Below, in pieces: positions 40,304-53,125 of a stretch of 64,000 nt of DNA. The notes under the pieces are model-generated. The model worked only from the letters and a program-made list of their open reading frames with translations. It made no database searches and had not been told where the DNA came from. The translations under genes were made by a program, and so were the position numbers. Every line of letters starts with the position of its first letter. The first letter of the stretch is position 1. Origin of the DNA: Harriotta raleighana (Eukaryota); the NCBI GenBank assembly GCA_050575255.1, contig JBNZDD010013720.1, positions 3,871,453 through 3,935,452 of the forward strand, read 5' to 3'.

Positions 40304-40541
40304 CCAGTTTAGTGGCATTGCACTCACATGGTTCAAGTTCTACTTAAAAAAATGTTAACAATATATCTTGGCAAATGGTATTTCCTCCCACCCGATCACT
40401 TGCGGAGTACCCCAAGGCTCCATCTATGGCCCTCTTCTTTTCCTCATCTATATGCTCTCTCTCGGCAATGTCATGTACAGACATTGATTGGATCAATTTA
40501 TAATAATATAACAATAATCCCACCTAGCTCTAATGTTACAA

Positions 40542-40866
40542 GAATAATAATAATAATCTTTGCATTTGAATTAGCGCTTTTCACATCTTATCGACGTCCC
40601 AAAGCGCTTCACAGAATACACTGTAAAGTGAATTGACTGTATATTTGTGGGCGGAACGCGGCAGCCAATTGCGCACAGCAGTGTCCCACAAACAGTCATA
40701 GATTGAAATGACCAATTTTATTATTGTGGGTTTTTTTGGAGGAATTATTATTAGGCATGTGGAGTAAGGAAACTTGCCCAAGGTTTCGCCCTGATCTGCC
40801 TGGATTCGGACACAGGTCTCATGCTTGTAAGGCGAGTGCTCTAATCACTAAGTCACAGGAGCTCCA
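40542..40866 (-). mobile_element. Full-length SINE nested in L2; CpG-rich, so relatively young
   Basis: Complete head, core and tail with many CpGs retained. Confidence 0.92.
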
Positions 40867-42802
40867 CAAACTTCCATATATATGTGGATGACACCCAAAT
40901 CTACCTATTATTCAGCCGCAACCCCGAGTCTGCTAAAGTCCTGTCAGCTTGTTTGACAGATGAGCGCAAACTTCCTGCAGCTGAAGCAAACAAGACTGAA
41001 GTCCTACTCTTTGGTTTCCATCAATGTCTTCTCACCTGCAGGTCTGAACTCTTCAACGTACCCGAGTTCTCCATCAGACTTTCCAAATCTGTGAGAAACT
41101 TAGAAGTCAGGTTCAATCCTCAGCTTTCCTTTCCACCATATATCCATTGCCTGACCAGGACAGTTTTCTTCCACTTCTGCCACATTCCCCAGCTCCATCT
41201 GTACCTCACCACTGACTCAGCTGAAACCCTCAGCTTCCCAACTGGACTATTCTAATGCCCTTCTCACTAGACTCCCCAGCTCCACCATGCACACAATTTA
41301 ATTAATTCAAAACTTTGCCGCCCGGATATTCACTCACACGATACTCATATCCACATCACACTTGAGCTTACCAGGATACATTGGCTCCCAATCACTGAAC
41401 AGATCAATTTCAAGAAACTTTCATTCGTTTTTTAAGTGCTCTGAGATACTACCCTATGTGGAGGGAAAATAGTTATTGTTGATGTTGTTGATTTCAAATC
41501 CCTTCATGCCCTTGCCACTCCCTTCCTATCCTACCTGCTAACCCCCCACTCCATCACCCTCTGCCTCCGCTCAGCTTGTGCCCTCCATTGGTGGTCATGC
41601 CTTCAGCCATTATGCCCCCAAACTCTGGAACTTGCTCCCTCAATCCCCCACTTTGCCCCTTCCCACGGCCACATTCAAATCCCATCTGAACAGTTTATAG
41701 TCAATTCCCCCTGGCTCATTGACAGACTCCGCCACTGCAAAGCACTCATGGATGCTACCCAGTGTGTAGGGCGTCATATAAATGCAAGTTGTTGCTGTAA
41801 AGAGTATTGCTTCAGTTCCATCTATTCAACTTAGCCTTCAGCTGGAGTACTACTGGAGTAGTTTAACCATAAATTAGACAGGTCAATTCTGGATCTTAAT
41901 TGGTTTGATGTGTCGCAAAGATTATCTTCTCTTATTCAATTACGTTCTGTAAAAAGATGAATGTTGTACTTTGCCTTTGTGTTGCTATACTTTGTTTTAT
42001 ACAGTTTTCCTGACTTGTGAGAAGAACGTGCAATTTGTTCACTCAAAGTTACCGTTAATACTGTTCTTCTAAATTGCCTCTCTTGTCGACACAATACTGA
42101 TCGATCCGCCGCATTGACTTGAATGATTTTTTTTTGTGTGTTTCATTTGAACCTGGAAGGCCACTTCAGTGTGTGCTCTCTCCCATCAAACAGCCAATGT
42201 GCTCCATTCATGTCAATTTTAATTTATTGGAGCAGTTTCAAGCTACCTTCAAAGATATAAATAGTGAAAGAATGAACGGTGATGACAAACACAGTCTATG
42301 CCCAGTGTTAAAGTTGGAATGATGAATTAAAAGTCCCACTTACAGACAATCCTCATATTTTTCTTTCTTATTTATGTACAATGTGCATAAACGTAAGATA
42401 ATTGAATCATTAACATTTGTTCTCTCATTGATACTTTCCCACATCAGTCTATGGAAAGGGGTTACCGTGTAACTGTTATACTGTATAACTGATCTGTTAT
42501 TACTGAGGAAACTTACCATCTCTTTTTGTATTCCTTTCCTTCGCAATACATTAAAAGGAAAGTAGAGAATTGCAGTAAACCTCAAATATCAGAGACATAA
42601 AACCTTTATGGCTTTTGTATTTATGAACATATGACCACAGAGGAAAACAGGAAAGTATCTCTCATCTAATTTCAATTTTAAAAAATCTTGTAAACTAACA
42701 AAACATTGTGTGAATGCCAAGTTTTTCTTCTTTTTTACAAGGCAACCTAAATGCACTGCTGCAATAGCCTGACTGGTAGCTTTGATGTGCAGGAAAAGAA
42801 TC

Positions 42803-42911
42803 TACTTAGCCGAGGTCATCAGTTAGTAGAAAACAATTTTCCTCTTACACATAGGCAAGGNTACTTAGCCGAGGTCATCAGTTAGTAGAAAACAATTTTC
42901 CTCTTACACAT
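42803..42911. other. 50-bp duplication across N42861 (probable assembly artefact)
   Basis: 42803-42852 = 42862-42911. Confidence 0.85.
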
Positions 42912-43344
42912 TTGTATTGCTGTGCTTCTGACACAGACAGATTAGATTTTAAAGGCTGCATAATTTAGGTTGTAAGAAACATGCCTCATAACCAGAACTG
43001 AAGCAGAATAAATGGCATTTGTCCATCAATGCAGAGATAGAAAGCTTAGACAGCAGAGTTCATATCTTTGTTTATTTACACTTTTAATATGCAATAGACA
43101 TGATTTACCTCATTATACTGGGAGATTTTGATATCGAGAGCCGGCTGTTTCCATCCATTAATTATCGACCAAAGAATTTAAGTCACCTCTCAAAGATATT
43201 GCTTAGTATCACAGAAACACAGCATTTGAGTGAACATTTATAATTCTTCAAATCCAATTAAAGCAGTTTTTCTCTGCAGCTGCTTTTATCCTTCCAGTAT
43301 CTAGGATGATGTAATTAATGAAAGCAAAGAAAATGTCTAATAAA

Positions 43345-43492
43345 AGCAGAAATCGCTGGGAACACTCAGCAAGGAATACAAAGGGTTGTGGACCCAAAAG
43401 ACTTTCCTTTCTCCATAGATGCTGCCTGACCCGTTGAGCGATTTCTGTTTTTATTTCAGATTTCCAGCATGTGCAGTATTTTGCATTTTTGG
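43345..43492 (+). mobile_element. Penelope-like element remnant with inverted 5' piece and 14-bp TSD
   Basis: aaatgtctaataaa at 43331-43344 and 43493-43506; gatgctgcctgacc and ttcagatttccagcat motifs; family assignment from my recollection of shark Penelope termini. Confidence 0.7.
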
Positions 43493-45952
43493 AAATGTCT
43501 AATAAAGCTCATATGAATATTGAGTACTCTGTAACACAGAAATTCAAGTCAAGTCTCACAGATAGCAATCCATTATTCAGAAGGGAAGAAAGGAAAATAT
43601 AGAACCTTCTAAGACAGAAAAATAGACATTTTACGCCTCATTTATGCAGCTGAGAGTGAATCATTTCAGGAGGCGACTTTGGTTCATTCCAGCACTAGAG
43701 CAATGTAGAGTAGGAATCTTGGCTGGGAGATGTTCCAAATTTTGAAGTGACCGTGACCCAAAATCAATTTGTACCTCTTGCATTTATCCTGCATCAGGGC
43801 AAATAGAAGCACTGATGATACAATCTACACAAGGTGAGCCAGTCGGGCTCCAGCACAATTCCAAGCTTCTTAACCAATTGCACTTTTTGCAGCCATGATT
43901 CGCTAGGACAGTGTAATTCCAGCATCTGACGTAGCTTGAATCAGCAGGAAAAATTGACAGTCTTTGTTTCTTTTATCAACATGAAACAAAATGTTCGCAT
44001 TTTTGAGAGTGGCAAATTTGCAGTGCAGTGTATCATTTTATAATGATAAAAAAGACTTGAGGGGTGCGAATGTAGTATCATAGTTGAAAAACATCATGTT
44101 AATTGAGAAACATTCAATGACTACGCCTTCCCAGGAACAGTATAAGGAAACAACTTGCTCAAGGCAACTTGCTCATTTTAATTGGACACATTTTTAATAA
44201 TAATGTAATAATTATCCTTACATTGATATAGTGCCCAATAATGTTGCAATGCTTCAAACCATTTCACAGGAAAGTGTTCGGAAAGTGTCGTGGTCTATTT
44301 GCTGGCAAAGGCAGCAGTCAATTTCCACACATGAAAATCCAATTTATATTGGTGTGGTGATTGTTTTTTTTGATGGTAAATGTTTTCTGGCCTTGAACAG
44401 CTGATGAGGGGAGGAAATCTCTTTCTGTTTGACCCAGAGATAACTTGAAAGCGATTGGATCGTCAGGATTAGGCCTGGCCTAGGCAGTACATTTAAGAGC
44501 CTATTAGCTTTCAGTCTCTGTATTCATGAGATCTCAAGTGCAACTAATTTCTCTATTGCTGGGTGAGTAACTCATGGGCCTTACTATGGACTAAATGCAA
44601 CAGTGGGCAAATTAATTTTAAAAACACAGAACAAACGTTTTCATACATTTTTAATAGTTACATTATTTTTGTCCTCCAATTTCCTCTTCCACTAAAGGCA
44701 TTGACTTGTGTGTTATGCTGATCAATTAGGTATACCTCCCTCCAGCATCATTAATATTAACCACAAATCACCCAATCCAGCATGAGATCCTAAACAGAGA
44801 CTAATTTTTTTTTCCTTTATTTCTTAACCCAAGGTGCAAAGGAAAACTGAGGTCCCCACTCTGAAACCCAGCAGAGAACAGCTAACTTGGTACAATGTAG
44901 GAGGTCCGAACTTCTATTCAATCTTAGTCTGCATGTCCATCTTATCTCAGCATTCAAGATGGAGCAGAATTGTGGATAATTAGTCAATTCAGACTTGATT
45001 TGGATGCCTGTTCTTTTTCAGAGGGACCATTTATCCACTTTATAAAACCATTGCATTCAAATAAATAATCGATTCAATTAGTTTTTCATCTTGAAATTAC
45101 AAGAAAATTTCAACAAGGAAAATCATCTCGAATTGGATTGATGGGATCTTTATTAGTACATCTGAATTCAATGCAATACAAATTTACATTTATATAACAC
45201 CTTTCAAGTCAGGAAGACATAAGGTACTTGTGGACATACTGGATAATCCCAGTTTGGTATAATAGGCTGTAGATAGAGAATCCTGACCAAGGCTATCTGG
45301 AGTTAACAGCCTTTTGGGATTGCTTGGACTCATTTTTGACTCAGTGAAGTTCAGTTGTCTATCAAATAGATAACATGATGTAAGGTTAGTTATTCCTTGG
45401 GCTTATGCTGACGTTTGGAAGACTTATGAAACCTAAGATAGTATAGATGGAGCTAGAGCTTCACATGAGGAAGATGAGAATACAACAACAACAAAATTAC
45501 ATTTCTATAGCACTTTTCATGTCAGAAGAATGTCCTAAGGCACTGGATAGAAGGGTATGGGAGGGGGTGGAGTATAAACACCAGCATGGATTGATTAGAT
45601 CAAGTGACCTGTTTCTGTGCAGTACATTCTTTTGTAAACCTCTGTAAATTATATCAATATATTGGTGATCTCTAAATTGAATACAACAAGCTTTGCTCCA
45701 ACTCCCTTAAAAACAAACAGCATAAAATAACATCAACAACACCCAAATGAAGATTACTAATTTAATATACTGTAGCATAAATGAAATCTATGGTTGCCTC
45801 AATTAGTGATATAAACGTGGTCTTCCATCAGTAGTTGAGCTGCATATTCTATATTTTGATTTGTTTCTTGTGACTGGAGGCTTGCAATTAAATACTTCTG
45901 AAGTTATACCTTGAAAAGAATATTGAACTGACTACATTTTTTTGCAAATACT

Positions 45953-46148
45953 TCTCTGTATTAACTGGTTTACTCAAGCCAAAATTTAAACATCAGAACA
46001 AGTTTGCTGACAGAAACAAGAAAACCAAAAATGTGATTTTTAATGTCATTGATATACAAGTGTTTTTTCCCAAGAGTATTCCAGAGGGCAGGGCTGTGCT
46101 GCTTAAATCAGAGAAATTTTGGCTTGAGTAAACCAATTAATACAGAGA
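45953..46148. repeat. 35-bp inverted repeat with 126-bp spacer
   Basis: 45953-45987 vs 46114-46148, one mismatch. Confidence 0.9.
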
Positions 46149-46376
46149 CTTTCCTTCAGGAAAGTCTGTCTTATCTTGCTTGTACAGCTGTAGGTCACAA
46201 TTGAAACAGCTGTGTGAAAATTATGACTAGTGATGTGTTAATTAACACTAATATTAATTATCACATTTATGCTCAATGCAGCCAATCTAACCAGTCAATG
46301 ACTCAATAAAGACTGGTCTGTGAATGTCCACAATTGGCTACTGCTTTCTGATATCTCATGCTGGTGCTCACTAGGT

Positions 46377-46681
46377 GGAATCCTGTAGCTCAGTGGTTAG
46401 AGCACTCGCGAGAGACCTGGGTTCACTTTCAGGCAGGGCTAAACCTTGGGCAAGTTTCCTTTCACCACATGCCTGATAATAATCCCTAAAATAATATATA
46501 CGGTATATAAACAGATTATTTGAATCTACAATTGTTTGTGGGATACTGCTTGAGGCAATTGGCTGCTGCATTTCACCCACAAATATACAGTCAATTCACT
46601 TTACAGTATAATCTGTGAAGTGTTTTTCAGATGTCTACAAGACGTGAAAAGCGCTATATCAAATGCAAGCATTATTATTAT
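46377..46681 (+). mobile_element. SINE with anticodon loop deleted
   Basis: gcactcgc|gagagacc in the head; core and tail intact. Confidence 0.9.
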
Positions 46682-47830
46682 CTACAACAAAAATTTGATG
46701 AGGAGCTATGTCACTGTGGGGCAACATCACAGTCAGGTCTTGCCTTCACAAAACTGAAACCGTGGATATTTCCAGCTGGAGCAAAAGCAGAAATCCTGGT
46801 CAATTATCCCATCTCTATTTCGGAAAGTTGAAAATTATTAGACAACCCAACCACCACCAGAACTTGAATCTCAAAATCCTGCAAATTGCTCACCTTGGAA
46901 AAAATGTCACCAGTGTCATTAAATGTACGTGTACTGCTGTCCGTGCTGTCAGCATAATAAGTAATGACCTATTTTAGCATGTACCAGACTCCAGAGAAGT
47001 CAACTCTAGGATGTTGTAGCAGCCATTTCAAACAAGTACAAATTCAATCCTGTAAAGTAATGAACAGCTACAATGCAATTTGTTCTTTACTTGTTCTTTC
47101 TCATCATAAAGTTATTTTCCTTTACAAGACATACATTTTTTTGTGTGTGTTTTTTAACACATATTCCAAGACACAAACCAAGGAACCTGTGAGGTTGTAT
47201 GAAATCCTTGACAGGCAAGGTTAAGAAAGCTGTAGATTTTCTTACCCTGGGTGGAAAACTGGTCCGACTATTTTGAGTTTAACTTATTAAATAAGATCTG
47301 TGGGTTATATTGTCATTGCAACTTTATATTGTCATTGCAACTATAAATTAGTTGGGGCAATGCAGATATTTGATTACATTTGCACTTTTTTTTGATAAAT
47401 ATCACATCGATAGAGCTGGAGGTAGATTGCCCTTTGCCCCCCAATATTGCTCTCAATAGTTTGTGCAACCTGGTCAATGGGATTGGATGGCTGGCTAAAG
47501 GATTGTAACCTTAGAGTGATGAGTAGGAGGATACCTTCACTTCAATCAATCAATCAAAATTTTATTTATATAGCGCCTTTCACGTCGGGAGGTGAAAAAC
47601 TAGAGAAAACTCAAAAAATCCTGTCTGAATCCTGAAGGCATTTGAGTGAGCACCAGGGGAGGGCTGAACCCCTAGCAAAATGATACTCTATCACATCAAA
47701 CTTATGCCTTGCCACACTGTGATTAGCAATGTCACTGTGTCAAATGTGAGATCTCACAGTCTCCAGCTCCTGACTCAGTCTTCTCTGATATATAGGTGCG
47801 GGAATAAGATTTGTACCTTAGTCGCATGTA

Positions 47831-48268
47831 CAGTAAAACCCCGTTTATCCAGTACCAATGGGACCTGGCCAGTGGCGATTAAACGGTTTTCCGGTTGAAC
47901 GTTTTTTAAAAATTGCAAAAAACTTTTTTTTAAATTTAAAATTATTTTAATACATACCATATTAATAATAGGTTAATAACAGAATATTTATTAGTACTTT
48001 ATTATTTATACTTAACTTCGCAACAGCAGCCCTCACCCGACAGAGGTAAAAATAAATGCGACTTTTAAAAGGAGCAGGAGCGAGTTTAGACCCGACTAGC
48101 ATCCAGCGGCGAGTACCTGCACCAGTACTCGCATGCAACAGTCGATTTATTAAATGCATCATCACTATTTGCCAGATAACTTCCGGTTCATTGAATTTGG
48201 ACTTTTTTTGAGATGGTGGTTGAACGGGTTTCCGATTCATTGAGTTATGGATTATCGAGGTTTTACTG
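47831..48268. mobile_element. Tigger/pogo-like MITE, inverse relative of 18200-18892
   Basis: TA-CAGTAAAACCCCGTTTATCC ... GGATTATCGAGGTTTTACTG-TA. Confidence 0.88.
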
Positions 48269-48991
48269 TACATTAGAAAAAATAAACTGAGCGGCAATGA
48301 AACCTTGCAGAAAAAAACAAAATGGTCATCAAAATGGTGTTCACATATAACCCTAATGATTTGTATAAAATTACTGACAGTATCACCTTTCCTCTGATAG
48401 ATGTGGCAAAAAATTATTTGCAACTGTGAGACCTTTTAACTTACAGTATTTCCAATCCAGCTGACATGCCTTTAAGTCAATAAATAATTAAGAAGAGACT
48501 CAATAGCTCAAGAAATGCTTGAACACTTTATTGCCCAACAGAAGGTCGCAGATTTGAGCTCTAGAGGTGACTATCACTCCAACTGACTTGCTATGCTTGG
48601 GTGCTTTTTCGAAGATCACTCAATGGAATAGCTTACTAGTTGGTGGAGGCGGGGAAGGGGAAAACAAAGGCATGGGTTAACTTACTCCATTTAAAACATG
48701 TGTCCTGCTTGAATATAGACGATGGAGAATATTAAATAACTGGGGTCATTTTCCTGGTCACTCAATGGCAAAACACTGAGATCAGTCAGGGTGATAGGAT
48801 CAGTAACCATTAGTTAGGAAGGAGAACAACCCACTGATTTCCCACTCCTGATCACTATCACTTTTGTTCACACTGAGGTCACCTGTTGGTTAAATAATAG
48901 TAATAATAATCCTTTGATATAGCGCTTTTCACATCTTCAAGACGTCTCAAAGTGCTTCACAAAATATACTGTAAAGTGAATGGACGGTATG

Positions 48992-49244
48992 CAGTTAACA
49001 CTCATCAAACGCGACTTTATCGATTGTGAACTCAAGAATACCACCACCCCCCCACCCCCGAGCGGCTCTCTACTCCCACCCCATCCCCCCGCCCCCGAGC
49101 GTCTCTCTGCGGCTTGAGGTAGGTAGCCTGTGACTGGATTCCCCTAATCCCCTTTTCCTATTACTTCTTAAGCTTCTCCAATGCGATTTTGTTGAGTGTG
49201 CAGTTTTCAGGAACGTAACCCCCACGATCGACAAGGGTTATCTG
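48992..49244. mobile_element. Internally deleted copy of the 14064 MITE, nested in a minus-strand SINE fragment (about 48895-49260)
   Basis: CAGTTAACACTCATC ... GATCGACAAGGGTTATCTG-TA; subterminal regions match 14064-14932. Confidence 0.85.
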
Positions 49245-50789
49245 TAAATGTGGGCAAAAGTTTGGTAACCAACAATACCAGGCTTTGGGTTTTGATATAT
49301 CAATGGAGCTGGAACATGAACTTGAGGTACTCAAATATCCTGATTGTTCTGCTCTATAATAATCTTTGCATTTGATACAACTCTTTATCATGTCATCAAG
49401 AATTCTCAAATCTATTCGATCTCCGTGATAATAAAGAAAACCCAGAGATGGAATCTACTATGTAGCACACACCAGATTTCAGGTATTTGTGACATTGAAC
49501 ACAAAGTACAAGTTCAAGACTGTAATGTGATGAACAATGACAATGCAATTTTGCTTTAAATGTTTTTGGTAAGCAATCATTTTGTATGACTATAAGAAAA
49601 ATATGAAATGTGTCCTCTTCCACCTTATCATATATCCTGTTTTTAGGATGGTGGGTTCCCTTGCAGAAATTGTATTGTGCAAATGAGAGGAACATTTTGG
49701 GTCTTTCGGAAAAAAAAAGAACTCTAGTAAAAACATGTTGACTGTGGCAGTATAGTGAAAGGGCAGTGCATTGAGATTAAAAGATATAATCAAACAAATG
49801 TCACAGGGCTGAATGACCTTATCCTCTTCCTGCTTTCTCTTGTTCCTATAAAGAATCCAGATTTGACACTGGTTTCCAACAGTATTGTTAATATTAGTTA
49901 GAGGTACTCTACTTACAAAAAAAAGCTACCAAAGATCTTTCTCACTCTGTACCTAATCAGAGAAAACTGTTTCCTGACTGGAAACAGTTAATTTTTTTTA
50001 TCAACACCTGAGCATCATTTTGGTTTTGATAATTCATTTCACTTTCTTCTCATCAATTGGCAATTTGATTAAAATCAAAAGATTATTTCAGAATTGACAG
50101 AAACAATTACAGCAAGGGTTTTTCAGTAAAAGGTGGCCCTTCTCAATATAGCAATAAATCCAATATAGCAATAAATTAAAGGAAATTTGAGCTACAAATG
50201 TTTTTCACTCAAGCATGAAAACAATATCTGGCGTCCTGCTGGTCTTGAGCAGAGAAATCAGTGTCAGAATGAGACTGGCTAATGAGAGAACATATCACGA
50301 CTCCACTAACAGAGTTCTCCCTTGAGAAGACCAAAGATTTCATAATTCTGCAGAAATAAATTGCAATGTTTCACATTTAGACTTCAGGAATTACAGGCTT
50401 TTATATTTCACTGTACACACATTGTGGATAATCGGCTGTTTATTTTCAAAAACGAAATAAAGTTAAGACTCAAATGAAATACATTGGACAATTTATTTCC
50501 TATAGAAACAGCTTGTGAATGCAAAGTATCAACAGGTGGAATGTGTTCCATAATATACAATCGATACTCTCACAAGGTTTGAGAGAAAATTCCACTGCCT
50601 GGAAAAGCAGTCATTCAAATGCATATCAACAAACTATAAAATGAACAAATTAATATAGTCTCTATCATCAATCAAAGTACAATACTGTAATTGTGTGGGT
50701 GTTTTAAGAACTACAATAGCCTTTAAGCACTCCAATTTAAAAAAAAATGCTATTGTGTTTTAATTGTGATCTAGGCAACATATTAATGT

Positions 50790-51168
50790 TATAATAATCA
50801 TTACATTTGACATAGCATCTAATTACATTGTTGAAATGTCTCAAATGCTCTGGAAAGTGTATTTGTAGGCAGATGAGGCAGCAACTTGCAGGCAAACTGT
50901 CATGATGTGAATGACCAATTTATCTAGGAGATTGTTGGCCAGTATTCTGGGAGAAACTTCCTTTTCTTTTCAAATAGTGTTAGTCAGATCTTTAACACCC
51001 ACCCAAACAGACAGATGGGACTTCAGTTTCGCATGTCAGCTGATAGACAGCACCTCTGACGATGTGGCACTCCCCTAGTATTGCACTGGAGTGTAAGCCT
51101 AGACTACTCAAAGTCTCAATGTGCAGTTTAACCTACAAATTTCTGACTCAGAAGTTAACAACTGAGGC
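50790..51168 (-). mobile_element. Old, near full-length Deu-type SINE
   Basis: gcactcccctagtattgcactggagtgtaagcctaga, ttctgactcaga, degraded L2-type tail. Confidence 0.75.
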
Positions 51169-51324
51169 AACCCAAATGGAATACTTGAATAGAGTTTATT
51201 AATGAGCATATTTTCTAACAGAGTAAAATTACAATACATTACATTTATTTTAGTTACTAATTGAATTAAACCTGTTATAAAGTTAAAGAAACTGATTAAA
51301 GACCTAATAATAACAATGATTGTT

Positions 51325-51641
51325 ATTATTTTATTATTATAATAATCCTTACATTTGATATAGCGCATTTCATGGCTTCAAGACATCTCAAAGCACTTCT
51401 CAGAATATACTGTAAAGTGAATTGGCTGTATATTTATGGGCAAAATGTGACAGCCAATTGTGCACAGCAGTGTCCCACAAACTGTCATGGATTGAAGAAA
51501 CCAATTTATTATTTTTTTGAGGGATTATTATCAGGCGTGTGGAGTAAAGGAAACTTGCCCAAGGTTTTGCCCTGCTGGGAATCGAACTCAGGTCTCTCAC
51601 TTGTGAAGCGAGTGCTATAATCAGTAAGCTACAGGACTCCA
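51325..51641 (-). mobile_element. Full-length tRNA-derived SINE
   Basis: Head, core, (tta)n tail. Confidence 0.92.
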
Positions 51642-52360
51642 CAACTTCCTAATAGGGACAAATGCATGCATAAAAGTTGAGTGGAGCCATTGACATCAAT
51701 ATCACCAGTTTGACTGCATGCAACGCATAAACAACAGAAAAGTTCAATGACCACTCATACATTATTGGACTTGTGACCTGTGGATAGGTTTAGTTCTAAT
51801 GATCAGTGACAGCTGTTTTCTAAGATCACTTTTGGTCTCAAAGGATTTTGATTTTGCCAGTGAATCAATAGGAATAGCAGTTGTCTCTATTAACAAAGTT
51901 GAGCATCAACAGAAATCCTTGGGGACTAAATAACAGAGATGTTGAAGCCAAAGGGTGAAATGCGAATACACTGGTGGACCAAGCAATATTTAAGATAAGC
52001 AGCAGAGTTGCTGGTGAACTGAACTGTGTACATACAGTATGTGCTAAAATTATGATGCCAGCAGGCTTAACAGCAGGTGTATTAACAAGTTAAATAAATA
52101 CCGTTAGAGAACCAAGCAGAGATGTTAATACTGTACATATCCCAGAATGATGTTTCCTGTTAATAGTATTTTTCAGTCAATATATGAATCCAAACTTTGC
52201 TGAGTGGCCTTCCGATTAAGCCTTCCTGTTCACAGTAACTATGTGGTGAGGAAACACTTTAGGAAGCCCTCCTGAAAAGAAAGGCGGAACATAAAATGGA
52301 AGGTTCTTAATGATAATAACAGTAATAATAATTATTCTTATTAATCATGTTTCTGTAACA

Positions 52361-52683
52361 ATAATAATAATCCTTGCATTTGATATAGTGCTTTTCACAT
52401 TTTATTGATGTCTTAAAATGCTTCACAGAATATACTATCAAGTGAATTGACTGTATATTTATGGGGCGAAACGCGGCAGCCAGCTGTGAACAGCAGTGTC
52501 CCACAACCAGTCGTGGATTGAAAATGACTAATTTTTATTATTGTGGAGGTGTTTTTTTAAACTGATTATTATTAGGCATGTGGAGTAAGAAAACTTGCCC
52601 AAGATTTTGCCCTGACCTGCCTGGATTGGAACACAGGTCTTATGCTTGTAAGTCGAGTGCTCTAACCATTGAGCTGCAGGAGC
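52361..52683 (-). mobile_element. Full-length tRNA-derived SINE
   Basis: Head, core, tail. Confidence 0.92.
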
Positions 52684-52688
52684 TATTA

Positions 52689-53125
52689 CATAAAAATTCT
52701 GATAATCTGGCACATTCGGGACCTAGGCGGTGCTGGATTAGCAAATATTCCGGATTATTGGACGTTACTCTTAGGGATAGGAGGATTTGAATGTGCTGTG
52801 CTCTTATCTATGTTACATACCTGTATAGTGAAAACCAGAGCTCTATGGCGGAACAGGCAGTCTGCCTAAAAAGGCATCGCACCCGCCGAAAGTTAATTAA
52901 AAAAAAAAATAGAATTACGTGCACGCACTTATTAAAGCACGCATGCGCACTTATTAAACGTGACATCAGTGATGGGCCCCCGAGGAAATGCACCGAGTAG
53001 TGGGAAGGCTCTCTGGAAAGAGATGCGCATAGAGATGCACTTATTGGAAAAAGACGTACCGTCGCATGTGCTGGATTATAAAGCATTCCAGATTAACCGG
53101 TGCCCAGATTAAAGGAATTTTACTG
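52689..53125. mobile_element. Tigger/pogo-like MITE
   Basis: TA-CATAAAAATTCTGATAATCTGGCAC ... GTGCCCAGATTAAAGGAATTTTACTG-TA, imperfect TIRs. Confidence 0.75.

Larger units (their letters stand above)
39535..41797 (+). mobile_element. Old L2 (RT to tail) interrupted by CR1 and SINE
   Basis: LLEPLQS, LIKVTNDIL, gtaccccaaggctcc (VPQGS), YVDDTQIY, SAETL, and tail. Confidence 0.85.

Noticed and set aside
44389-44480. Hammerhead-like words CTGATGA...GAAA-gcgat-tgg-atcGTC
   Set aside because: Stem II and stem I do not pair next to the core and there is an extra base after GAAA; probably chance
47305-50176. Small perfect tandem duplications (19 bp at 47305-47342, 17 bp at 50144-50176)
   Set aside because: Ordinary slippage or repair duplications with no sign of function
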